61,590 bases of DNA from Longimicrobiales bacterium (GTDB lineage: Bacteria; Gemmatimonadota; Gemmatimonadetes; Longimicrobiales; RSA9), in assembly GCA_050732695.1 (NCBI GenBank), contig JBOHRL010000079.1, positions 1 through 61,590 on the forward strand, read 5' to 3'. Numbering within the stretch: the stretch's first letter is position 1; each line of letters begins with the position of its first letter. The notes under the pieces were generated by a model that saw nothing but the letters and a program-made list of their open reading frames with translations, searched no databases and was not told where the DNA came from. Positions 19,450-27,825 of this stretch are shown here, in pieces. A program made the translations under genes and the position numbers.

Positions 19450-21123
19450 TCAGGCTTTCGAAGTCGGCTCGACCTCCCGTGGGGACTGGTTCCCGTCGGC
19501 GGAATCCGCGATGACAGCGGCAGGCGCACCGTCGAGACGCTCGGCCAGAGCGTCCTTCTGCAACTGGAGCAACGTGTCGGGCACTGTCACGCCGCCGATG
19601 TCCATCATGGTGTGAAGCGCGGGTGGCAGTGATTTCATGAGATCGGTGATGAAGGAGCTTACGCCCGGACCAGCGCCACTGCCCTCGCCGTTGGCACCGC
19701 CCCACATCACGACCTTGTCGAACTTGATGTTGCTGATGGCCTTCGCCGCGGTGTCGGCGAGGTGGTCGATGTGCTCGAGCATGAGAAGGCGATAGGCTTC
19801 GTCCGCGCTGCCGGCGGCAGCGACAATCTTCTTCAGGCCGTCCGCCTTCTTGCTCAACTTCTCGAATTCGCCGCGCGCTTCGGCCTCGAGCCGGGCGAAG
19901 GTCGCGTCGGCCTGGCCAATGGCCTCGAGACGGATGCTCTCGGCGCGCGCTTCGGCGTCGACGATGCGCTTCGCTTTCTCGGCTTTGGCAGGAGCCTCGA
20001 GTTCGGCGCGGCGCTCGGCTTCGATGCGCTCTGCTTCGGCGAGGGCGGCTTTTGCCTGGGCGCGGTTCTCTTCCTCCTGCACGGCGGCCTCGGCGACGCG
20101 CTTCCGGGTCTCGCCCTTCTGGTACGCGTCGGCTTCACGGACGTGCAACTCGGCGTTGGCCGCAGCGACGCGCGCCTTCGCCTGTGTCTCGCCTTCGACT
20201 GCCTCGGCGTTCGCGGCGGCGACCGCAACGCGACGATCCTGGTCGGCCTGCGCGATCTCCGTGTCGCGCACGAACTCGGCACGCTGCTGCGCGACGGCGG
20301 TTTCGCGATCGAGTTCCGCGACCTGCACGGCCGTGTCGCGCTGCGCGCTCTTCACGCCGATTTCGCGTTCGCGGTCCGCGTTCGCGACGGCGATGAACTT
20401 CTGCTGGTTCGCCTGCGCTACGCGCGTCTCACCCATGCGCTCTTCTTCGGCTACGTCGCCGCGCGCGCGATTGACCGCCCCGGCGCCCGCCTTCTGCCCG
20501 ATCGCTTCGATGTAGCCGGACTCGTCGTTCAGGTCCTTGATGTTCACGTTGATCAGCTTGAGACCGATCTTCATGAGTTCCGGTTCGATCGCGTGCTCGA
20601 TGTTGCCGCGGAACGTGTCGCGATCGACGTTGATCTCCTCGATGCGCATCTGCGCAATGACCTGGCGCATCTGACCGAAGATGATGTTCTGCGCCAGTTC
20701 GACGATCGACTGAGGACGAAGGCTGAGCAGCCTTGCCGCGGCGTTCTGCTGGTACTCCTCCGTGTCACCGATCGCGACCGTCACCTGGGATGGGACGCGC
20801 ACGCGGATGTTCTCGGCCGAGAGTGCATCGGTCAGATTGATGTCGATCTGGAGCGGCGTCAGCTCGAGGAATGCCGCCTCCTGGATGACCGGCCACACGA
20901 ACGTGCCGCCACCGCTCAACACCCTGGCGGACCGGCCTTCGCCAACCCTTCCGCTGATGACGAGGACCTTGTTCGCGGGACAGCGCTTGTAGCGTGACAC
21001 GAACAGGATCACGAGGCTGGCCACGACGAGGGCGATCGCACCGACCGCTATGATGGTTGCTCCCGTCAGGCCAGCAATCTGGTCGCTGAACTGAAGCGCG
21101 CTGAACATCGCATGGTATCCCAT
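19450..21123 (-). CDS. Flotillin-family SPFH/band-7 membrane scaffold protein (FloT/YqiK-like)
   Basis: 557 aa. N-terminal TM, SPFH domain (VLVISGRVGEG...PLQIDINLTDALSAENIRV), then a long Ala/Glu-rich coiled coil and the flotillin C-terminal region. Confidence 0.9.
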   Translation of the reverse strand: MGYHAMFSALQFSDQIAGLTGATIIAVGAIALVVASLVILFVSRYKRCPANKVLVISGRVGEGRSARVLSGGGTFVWPVIQEAAFLELTPLQIDINLTDALSAENIRVRVPSQVTVAIGDTEEYQQNAAARLLSLRPQSIVELAQNIIFGQMRQVIAQMRIEEINVDRDTFRGNIEHAIEPELMKIGLKLINVNIKDLNDESGYIEAIGQKAGAGAVNRARGDVAEEERMGETRVAQANQQKFIAVANADREREIGVKSAQRDTAVQVAELDRETAVAQQRAEFVRDTEIAQADQDRRVAVAAANAEAVEGETQAKARVAAANAELHVREADAYQKGETRKRVAEAAVQEEENRAQAKAALAEAERIEAERRAELEAPAKAEKAKRIVDAEARAESIRLEAIGQADATFARLEAEARGEFEKLSKKADGLKKIVAAAGSADEAYRLLMLEHIDHLADTAAKAISNIKFDKVVMWGGANGEGSGAGPGVSSFITDLMKSLPPALHTMMDIGGVTVPDTLLQLQKDALAERLDGAPAAVIADSADGNQSPREVEPTSKA

Positions 21124-21677
21124 CAGATCTCCTCGATGATGGACGCAGGTACAACTTCGACCGTCTTCCCGTCTTCGCCGACGGACACGACAACGACGGT
21201 CGCACCTTCCGGGATGTCACTGGCCTCGCGGGCGATCGCGCGCAACTCGACCGTCCGCCCCTGGATCGGGACCTGCACGAGCCCGAAGCCGCCGTCTTTC
21301 CGAATCGTGAGCGTGACGCGCGCGTTCCGCCCAATGGCGTTGTCGAGATTCAGCGTGCCCGATGTGTCGAAACGCGTCATCTGCCGCGTGGCCCAGGCAC
21401 TGAACCACGCCGCGCCGAAGGCGGGCACGATCGCGATCACCGCAGCGAGCGCCGCCGGCAGCGTCGTGTTCAGCCAGATGCCCGCCGCTCCGAAGACGAC
21501 GCAGGCGGCGGACATCGAGCGCACACCGAGCAGCTCGAGGCCGTGCCCGATCTCACCACCGGCGTGCGCGTGAGACACGTCGACATCGCCATGACCGATG
21601 CCGGCAAGGGCCAGCACGATCTGCGCGATGAGGACGACTGCGCCGATCAGCAGAAACGTCAGAAAGACCGAGTGCAT
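21123..21677 (-). CDS. NfeD-like membrane protein (YuaF/YqiJ type) partner of flotillin
   Basis: 184 aa with TM helices plus a C-terminal OB-fold region (GRNARVTLTIRKDGGFGLVQVPIQGRTVELRAI). Its stop overlaps the flotillin ATG (TGATG). Confidence 0.8.
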   Translation of the reverse strand: MHSVFLTFLLIGAVVLIAQIVLALAGIGHGDVDVSHAHAGGEIGHGLELLGVRSMSAACVVFGAAGIWLNTTLPAALAAVIAIVPAFGAAWFSAWATRQMTRFDTSGTLNLDNAIGRNARVTLTIRKDGGFGLVQVPIQGRTVELRAIAREASDIPEGATVVVVSVGEDGKTVEVVPASIIEEI

Positions 21678-21811
21678 TCTGTACCTTCGGGTGCTCCGGA
21701 TCCGGTCGCGTCACTGGGCCGGGGCGCCTGTCCCCCCGCGGTTCAGGGGACGGCCCTGCGCCTGGCCCGGGGGCCAACCCCCTGCGCAAACCGCCATGGC
21801 GGCTCTCTGCT

Positions 21812-22531
21812 CTACGGTACGATCTCGAGCAGCTCGACTTCAAAGATCAGGACAGCGTTCGGCGGAATCATGGCGCCCTGACCCTGCGGGCCATACCCGA
21901 GGTTACCCGGAATCACGAACCGGTACTGGCTGCCCACGGACATCAACTGGAGCCCTTCCGAGAAGCCGGGAATCACACCACCCACGCCGAAGGTGGCCGG
22001 CTCGTTGCGATCATAGGAGCTGTCGAATTGCGTCCCATCGATGAGCGTGCCCTTGTAGTGAATCCGGACCTGGTCGTCCGGCCCGGGTTTTTCGCCTTCA
22101 GCCTCACGCATCACTTCGTACTGAAGACCCGACGCCGTCGTGGTGACGCCCTCCCTCGCCCTGTTGGTCTCCAGATACGAAGCTCCCTCTGTCTCGTTCT
22201 GTTGAGCCGACGCCGCCATCTCGGCCTGCTGTTCTTCCTGGACCATCTGGCTGAACCGGCCCATGACTGCCTGAAGCGAGTCGGCGGGCACGGCAGGGTC
22301 ACGCTCGGCCAGCGCGTCCTGGATGCCCCGCAGCAGCGCGTCCAGCTGTATGTGGTCGGCAGCCGGCGCGAGCGAAGCGCCCATCTGTAGACCCACCGCG
22401 TAACTGGCCTTCTGGCTGTCGTCCTCGAGGGGCGCATTCTGCGCGGACTCCAGCCCGCCCTGGCACGCCGCCACGATGACGGTACTCAGCAATGACACGG
22501 CGGCCGCCGCGCCCATGGGCCTGTTTTTCAT
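21812..22531 (-). CDS. FKBP-type peptidyl-prolyl cis-trans isomerase (FkpA-like) lipoprotein
   Basis: Lipobox LSTVIVAAC. FKBP domain (IHYKGTLIDGTQFDSSYDRNEPATFGVGGVIPGFSEGLQLM...AVLIFEVELLEI). Confidence 0.9.
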   Translation of the reverse strand: MKNRPMGAAAAVSLLSTVIVAACQGGLESAQNAPLEDDSQKASYAVGLQMGASLAPAADHIQLDALLRGIQDALAERDPAVPADSLQAVMGRFSQMVQEEQQAEMAASAQQNETEGASYLETNRAREGVTTTASGLQYEVMREAEGEKPGPDDQVRIHYKGTLIDGTQFDSSYDRNEPATFGVGGVIPGFSEGLQLMSVGSQYRFVIPGNLGYGPQGQGAMIPPNAVLIFEVELLEIVP

Positions 22532-22625
22532 GTCGTGGGTTATCCTGGTCGAAGGGAGCGCGGAATCTAACGCCGACCGGCTGGCATTTCCAACCGTTCA
22601 CCGCGACAGGACAGATCGGACCCGG

Positions 22626-23096
22626 TCACGGGGAGCGCGGGTCCGGTACGGAACAGTGACCGTAGCTGACAAACGTCATGAGCATCGATGTCACGACTTC
22701 CGTGAATGCCCCCAGCTCGAGGCCGATCGCCGGGATGTCGGAATCGCCGTAGATCTTCAGAAGATACGCACCATGTCTTGCGGACAGAGTGAGGAATCCT
22801 TCGGAGGTGTTGTGCGTGGCCTCCACTGGAACGCAGCCGCTGCTGTCACATCGCTGGATGGAGACCGAAGCGCCGAGCGTGGTCGAGTCACGGAGCGCCT
22901 GCAACGGCGGCACGAGCAGATACCCGTTCTCGATCTGGCTGGGTTCGCAGCCCTCCGGGGTACAGTTCATGCGCCGCTCGTATGGACAGCGAAGATCGCG
23001 TGAGGGCTCCTGTGCCAGTGCAGCGCCCGGCATCACAAGGAAGAACGCCGCGAGGCGAAGTCGCTCGCGCGAGTGGAAGAGGCTGACACCAATCAT
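22626..23096 (-). CDS. Hypothetical secreted Cys-rich protein
   Basis: 156 aa with signal peptide LRLAAFFLVMPGAALAQEP and 8 Cys in the mature part (CPYERRMNCTPEGCEPS...CDSSGC). Good codon bias. Confidence 0.5.
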   Translation of the reverse strand: MIGVSLFHSRERLRLAAFFLVMPGAALAQEPSRDLRCPYERRMNCTPEGCEPSQIENGYLLVPPLQALRDSTTLGASVSIQRCDSSGCVPVEATHNTSEGFLTLSARHGAYLLKIYGDSDIPAIGLELGAFTEVVTSMLMTFVSYGHCSVPDPRSP

Positions 23097-23223
23097 ATGC
23101 GATGTCTCCCTGCGTTATGGACGAAACAGGCCGACGTCCTTGCGGCCCGAGCGGGCGGATCCGGGGTCCGCCGTTTTGCGGGTCGCGGCGGAGACCGCCG
23201 AAACCAGCCGAAGGGGGCCGGTC

Positions 23224-23626
23224 ATGAAAGGGCGACTCAGAACGATGAGTGCGGCGATGCTGGCTGTTCTTGCCGCAGGCTGTACGACCTTGCAGCAGAT
23301 CGCGGCGCTGCGACAGGTCGGCTTCTCGATCGATCGCGTGACCGGCGCTCGGTTTGCCGGCCATCTCCGGCAGCTTTGAACGCGAGGTCGTGCTCGAGCC
23401 AGGGGTCGCGCAGGACATCCCGATCGACATCCGCCTCGATCTCGCCGAGTTCTTCGAACGCAACGCACGCGATATGATCGAGCTGGCGCTTGCGGTTGCC
23501 GGCGCGGGTGGTGAGCCGAAGCGCATCGCTCTGCGCGCCACTCCTGCGATCCAGACCGCCATAGGACCGATCCGCTACCCGCAGCCGATCACGATCGTGA
23601 GCGGCGAACCGGGCACCGTCCGCTAA
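23224..23626 (+). pseudogene. Lipoprotein split over two frames; possibly a frameshifted LEA_2/WHy-like gene
   Basis: Frame 1 (23224-23379) reads MKGRLRTMSAAMLAVLAAGCTTLQQIAALRQVGFSIDRVTGARF...*. Frame 2 (23354-23626) continues SGSFEREVVLEPGVAQDIPIDIRLDLAEFFERNARDMIELALAV.... The two frames overlap by 26 nt. Confidence 0.3.
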
Positions 23627-23648
23627 AGTCCGGGCCGGGCATGATCGG

Positions 23649-24479
23649 TCAGCGCCGCCGGTTGCGAATGCGGCGAGAGAACTCCGGATCGTCTGCGTAC
23701 GTCCGGACGAGGCTGTTGATGCGATAGCGGTTGCGTGCAGCTTCGAGCGGCAGGTCTGTGTCGAGAAGGCCGGCCTCGAGCGCAAGCGCATCCGAATAAC
23801 CTGGCAGAAGGATGCGCAGGCCGTAGCGGATGCGTTCGGGCGACACGCGATTCGCATGGTGCAGGATCCGCGTCGTGCAGTTGTCACGGATGGTCCCATA
23901 GAAGGCCGGCTCGCGCGCGAGCTGGTTCGCGGCTTCGAGCATCTCGACGAAGAGCGTGCGCGCCGCTTCCGGTGTCGCCCGCACCGGATACAGGTAGACT
24001 TCGTCACCGTAGCGATCGGTGCGCAGGCGGATCAGATCGCGCTCGTCGCCGATGACGTACATCAACTCGAATCGTTTGAGCATTCCCTTGAACAGCGAGT
24101 ACTCTTCACCCACTTCCTTGCGCGCCTCGATGGACACGGCGACGTACTGGCCATCCTCGAAGCCAAAGCTGAGCAACGCGTGCGCTGGCCCGCGGAACCG
24201 GTCGCCGAACGGTGAGAGCACGTACCAGATGGATTCGATGCGATCGAGGTCATAGACCCTGCGCTCCCAGCGAGGCACCGGGTCATGAGCGCTCGACCAG
24301 TCGAAGTTGCGGACATTATGGATTACGACTTCGCGTCCAGCGAAGCTTGCTGTGGCCGTACGCGCCTGTTCCGCGATCCAGGTTCTATCGTTGCTGGGCC
24401 GGATGGCGGTCCATGCGACAGCCGGGATCGCGACCGAGAGGACAACGAGCGGTCCGGTGATCCGGCGTTGCCTGCGCAA
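23649..24479 (-). CDS. DUF4105-like secreted/periplasmic protein
   Basis: 276 aa with N-terminal signal/anchor. Blocks WYVLSPFGDRFRGPAHALLSFGF and FYGTIRDNCTTRI resemble the DUF4105 family. Confidence 0.55.
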   Translation of the reverse strand: MRRQRRITGPLVVLSVAIPAVAWTAIRPSNDRTWIAEQARTATASFAGREVVIHNVRNFDWSSAHDPVPRWERRVYDLDRIESIWYVLSPFGDRFRGPAHALLSFGFEDGQYVAVSIEARKEVGEEYSLFKGMLKRFELMYVIGDERDLIRLRTDRYGDEVYLYPVRATPEAARTLFVEMLEAANQLAREPAFYGTIRDNCTTRILHHANRVSPERIRYGLRILLPGYSDALALEAGLLDTDLPLEAARNRYRINSLVRTYADDPEFSRRIRNRRR

Positions 24480-24524
24480 GCGATCTCCCTGTTGGCGCCC
24501 GTTGCGCCAGGCCGCAGTCAGACC

Positions 24525-27500
24525 TCAGCGCGTCGCCGGCCCGAGGAGCTGGTTGACGCGCGCGGTCAGGTCATCGAGTTGTTGCCTCAGCACCGCATGC
24601 CGTTCGATGGCATCACGCCCGATCTTCTGATCGGTCCGCGCGGTCATACCGGCGAGGTACGAAATGTGGGTCTCCAGTCCGGGCTTGCCGTAGCGGACCT
24701 CCTCTGCGAACAACTCGCTGGCGAGCGCATTGACCTGGCGCAGCGTTTCCGCTCCTTCGCCTGTCGCGTTGGCCAGACGGGTCTGCGCCTCACGCAAGCG
24801 TGTCCCGAGCTGCTCCGCTTCCGCGACCATCGCGCGCATGCGCGTATTGTGCTGGTACTGCTCGACGAGATCGGCGACCGTCGTGCCTTCGGCCGCGATG
24901 CGTGGATCGATCAGCACGTTGAACGGTTGCGTATGTGCAGTGCCATTCACGGTGAGACGCGCCGTGTACTGACCGGGCGGCACAGTGAGCCCGTTGCTGT
25001 GCCGGACATCCCACACGAAGCGGTTGTGACCGGCGTCCTGGGTGACACGGGGGCCGCCGCCGGCGCCGCCGCGCCCGCGGCCGGCCATCATGTCATCGTC
25101 CGGATCGCCGCCGCCACCGCCTCTTCGGCCGCCGCCGCGCCCGGCTGTGGCACCACTCCGGTACGTATTCACGACCTGGCCTCCGGCATCGAGAATGTCG
25201 ATGCTGACACCAGCGGCGGGCGCATTGGCGAAGTAATACTCGATGTTCGGGCCGAGGATGTTGGCGCCGTCGCGCGTGCGGTATCCGTCACGCGGTTTGT
25301 AGAGGTGCACGTCCTGGGTTGCGACCTGCGGCGTGAGCTGGTGCAGCGCGGACACGTTATCCATGATCCAGAGCGAACGACCCTGCGTCACGATGATGAG
25401 ATCCTTGCGGAAGAGCTTGATGTCCTGGATCGGGACGTTCGGCAGGTTACGATCGAAGCTCTGCCAGTGTGCGCCGTTATCGAACGAGATGAACAACCCG
25501 AACTCCGTGCCCGCATAGAGCAGTCCTTCCCGGTCGGGATCCTCGCGCACGACGCGCGTTGGCCAGTCCCCGGGAATTCCGTTGGTCCCATCCGTGAGGC
25601 GTGTCCATGTACGGCCGTAGTCGTCGGTCCGGTAGAGGTACGGCTCGTAATCACCAAGGAGGTAGCGATACACGGCGTAGTACGCAGACCCGGGCCGGTG
25701 TGGTGACGGGTCGATGAACGCGACGCGGCCGCCTTCCGGCATGCCCTGCGGCGTAATGTCCGTCCACGTCTTTCCATTGTCGCGCGTGATGTGGAACGGC
25801 CCGTCATTCGAGCCGACCCAGATGACGCCCGGCTCGAGCAGCGATTCGCGAATCGCGTAGAGCGTGCTGTAGAACTCCTCACCCGTGACATCGCGTGTGA
25901 TCGGGATGCCGCTCGTGCCCTGGCAACATTCCGGATTCGCGGTCAGGTCAGGTGAAATCGTCTCCCACGTAACGCCGAGATCGCGCGTGCGGTGCACGTG
26001 CTGCGAACCGTAATAGAGGACATCGGGGTCGTGAGGCGATACGTCCATGGGCGAGACACGCTGGAAGCGCAGGATCAGATCGCGTGCATCGTTGCCGTAG
26101 AGAGACTGCGCACCGACCCAGTACTGCTTCTCCTGGCCGGTCTCCATGTTCATCACGCCGTACTGCCCTTTGCACGAGCCATATACGATGTCGGGCTTCG
26201 AAGGGTGCGGAATCACGGGGCCGGTTTCGCAGCCGGGCGTATCGCTCCACCAGTCCTCACCCTCTTCACCACCGGTCGCAAGGCTCGACATCACGAACGT
26301 ACTGTTATCCTGCTGCGCGCCGTACAACCGGTACGGGAACGCGTTGTCGGTCCAGATCCCGTAGATCTCGGCAGTTGGCTGATTGCCCTGCGTCGACCAC
26401 GTGCGGCCGCCATCGTACGAGACATTGGCACCGCCGTCATTCGACTGTATCATCGTATTACCATCGACGGGACTGATCCACATGTCGTGGTTGTCGCCGT
26501 GCGGCGTGGGGAATCGTGTGAACGACTGTCCCGCGTCGGTCGACTTGAAAAAGCCTTCCGCACCGGCGTATACGATGTCCGCGTTGGTCGGGTCGGCGGC
26601 GAGTGTGGTGTAGTAGAACGGACGCGTGATGAGCGAGCCCTGGTCGTTGATGAGGGCCCAGGTCTGGCCGCCGTCATCGGAGCGGTAGAAGCCGCCGCCG
26701 GGCTTCGCCTCGACGAGCGCATAGACGCGCGCCGGGTTGTCGGCCGTTACCGCAAGGTTGCCCTTGCCGATGAGGTCGCCCGGTAGGCCCGTCGTGATGC
26801 GGGTCCACTTCTCGCCGCCATCCGTGCTCTTGTAGAAACCGCCCTCGTGCGAGCCGCTGATGATGGCCCACGGCTTCCGTTCGATCCGGTTCATCCATGC
26901 GTAGACGACGTCCGGATTGCCGGGCTGGAGCTCGACGTCCATCGCGCCCGTGCTGTCGCTCACGAACAGCACCTTGCGCCAGGATCTGCCACCATCCGTC
27001 GTCTTGAAGATGCCGCGTTCGGGATGCGGCTTGAACGCGTCTCCGTTCGCCGCCACCCACACGATGTCGGGGTTGGTCGGGTGGATGCGCACGGCGCCGA
27101 TCTGGCCGACATCATAGAGGCCGGCAAACTGCCATGTCGCGCCCGCGTCCGCGCTGCGGTACACGCCGCGCCCAGTCGAGACGTTGCTGCGCAGGCCGTC
27201 GGAACCGGTGCCCAGGTACACGATGTTCGGGTCCGATGTGGCAACGGCCACATCACCCGTCGAGCCGAGCGGGACCTGGCCGTCCGTCACGGCCGACCAG
27301 CTCCCGCCACCGTCGGTCGTCTTGAAGAGACCGCCGCTCGCCGCGCCCATGTAGAACGTTTGCGGCTGCGACGGAACGCCCGTCACTGTCGTGACCCTGC
27401 CGCCGCGGGACGGCCCCACCAGCCGGAACGTGAGCCCATGGAACAGCGACGTGTCGACTGCCGCCATCGTGGGCGGCTCTGCCTGAGCGGCCGTTTGGGC

Positions 27501-27563
27501 GAAGACCGGCCATGGGGCCAGGACCGTGGCCGTGACGAGTGCTGAAAGCAGGAGGCGTCGCAT
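24525..27563 (-). CDS. Sortilin/VPS10-like BNR (Asp-box) repeat beta-propeller secreted protein, paralogue 1
   Basis: Start at the internal Met with signal peptide MRRLLLSALVTATVLAPWPVFAQT (ORF track starts at 27677). Many S-x-D-x-G-x-T-W Asp-box repeats (KTTDGGGSW, RSADAGATW, KTTDGGRSW, KSTDGGEKW, RSDDGGQTW). Gly/Arg-rich low-complexity insert. Confidence 0.8.
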   Translation of the reverse strand: MRRLLLSALVTATVLAPWPVFAQTAAQAEPPTMAAVDTSLFHGLTFRLVGPSRGGRVTTVTGVPSQPQTFYMGAASGGLFKTTDGGGSWSAVTDGQVPLGSTGDVAVATSDPNIVYLGTGSDGLRSNVSTGRGVYRSADAGATWQFAGLYDVGQIGAVRIHPTNPDIVWVAANGDAFKPHPERGIFKTTDGGRSWRKVLFVSDSTGAMDVELQPGNPDVVYAWMNRIERKPWAIISGSHEGGFYKSTDGGEKWTRITTGLPGDLIGKGNLAVTADNPARVYALVEAKPGGGFYRSDDGGQTWALINDQGSLITRPFYYTTLAADPTNADIVYAGAEGFFKSTDAGQSFTRFPTPHGDNHDMWISPVDGNTMIQSNDGGANVSYDGGRTWSTQGNQPTAEIYGIWTDNAFPYRLYGAQQDNSTFVMSSLATGGEEGEDWWSDTPGCETGPVIPHPSKPDIVYGSCKGQYGVMNMETGQEKQYWVGAQSLYGNDARDLILRFQRVSPMDVSPHDPDVLYYGSQHVHRTRDLGVTWETISPDLTANPECCQGTSGIPITRDVTGEEFYSTLYAIRESLLEPGVIWVGSNDGPFHITRDNGKTWTDITPQGMPEGGRVAFIDPSPHRPGSAYYAVYRYLLGDYEPYLYRTDDYGRTWTRLTDGTNGIPGDWPTRVVREDPDREGLLYAGTEFGLFISFDNGAHWQSFDRNLPNVPIQDIKLFRKDLIIVTQGRSLWIMDNVSALHQLTPQVATQDVHLYKPRDGYRTRDGANILGPNIEYYFANAPAAGVSIDILDAGGQVVNTYRSGATAGRGGGRRGGGGGDPDDDMMAGRGRGGAGGGPRVTQDAGHNRFVWDVRHSNGLTVPPGQYTARLTVNGTAHTQPFNVLIDPRIAAEGTTVADLVEQYQHNTRMRAMVAEAEQLGTRLREAQTRLANATGEGAETLRQVNALASELFAEEVRYGKPGLETHISYLAGMTARTDQKIGRDAIERHAVLRQQLDDLTARVNQLLGPATR

Positions 27564-27574
27564 GTTGACTCTCG

Positions 27575-27716
27575 CGGACCGGGAACCATTTCCCAAAGTT
27601 GGCCCGTCCCGATATGCATTTGCCACATCAAGACGCGCGGGCCTCGTGAATCGATGGGCAGATCGTAGCAAATGCATGGACCGTTGGGCAAGGATTGGGA
27701 AATGGTTCCCGGTCCG
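27575..27716. repeat. Perfect 22-nt inverted repeats flanking 98 bp with nested 9-nt inverted repeats; MITE-like element or regulatory palindrome
   Basis: CGGACCGGGAACCATTTCCCAA at 27575-27596 pairs with TTGGGAAATGGTTCCCGGTCCG at 27695-27716. Inner pair TGCATTTGC (27615-27623) / GCAAATGCA (27668-27676). Two ATGCAT palindromes. Sits between the divergent sortilin and HD-GYP genes, 12 nt from the sortilin start codon. Confidence 0.6.
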
Positions 27717-27825
27717 TCTTGACGGGACGACGAAGTTGGGCTAATGCTTTGAAAGCTCCGACCTACCCCGTTGATTCCGGAGCGACCGAGGGCTTGCCGG
27801 TGGAGCGCCGGCGAGATGGTGGTGA

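Noticed and set aside
19762-20997. 411-aa plus-strand ORF antisense to flotillin
   Set aside because: The Ala/Glu-rich flotillin coiled coil has a stop-poor reverse complement, producing a long spurious ORF.
21690-21800. GC-rich imperfect palindromes between fkpA and the NfeD gene as a terminator
   Set aside because: The stems are short and interrupted. This fits an unremarkable high-GC intergenic spacer and was too weak to call.
24285-25706. 473-aa plus-strand ORF antisense to sortilin paralogue 1
   Set aside because: It lies antisense to a gene with many Asp-box repeats and shows no motifs.
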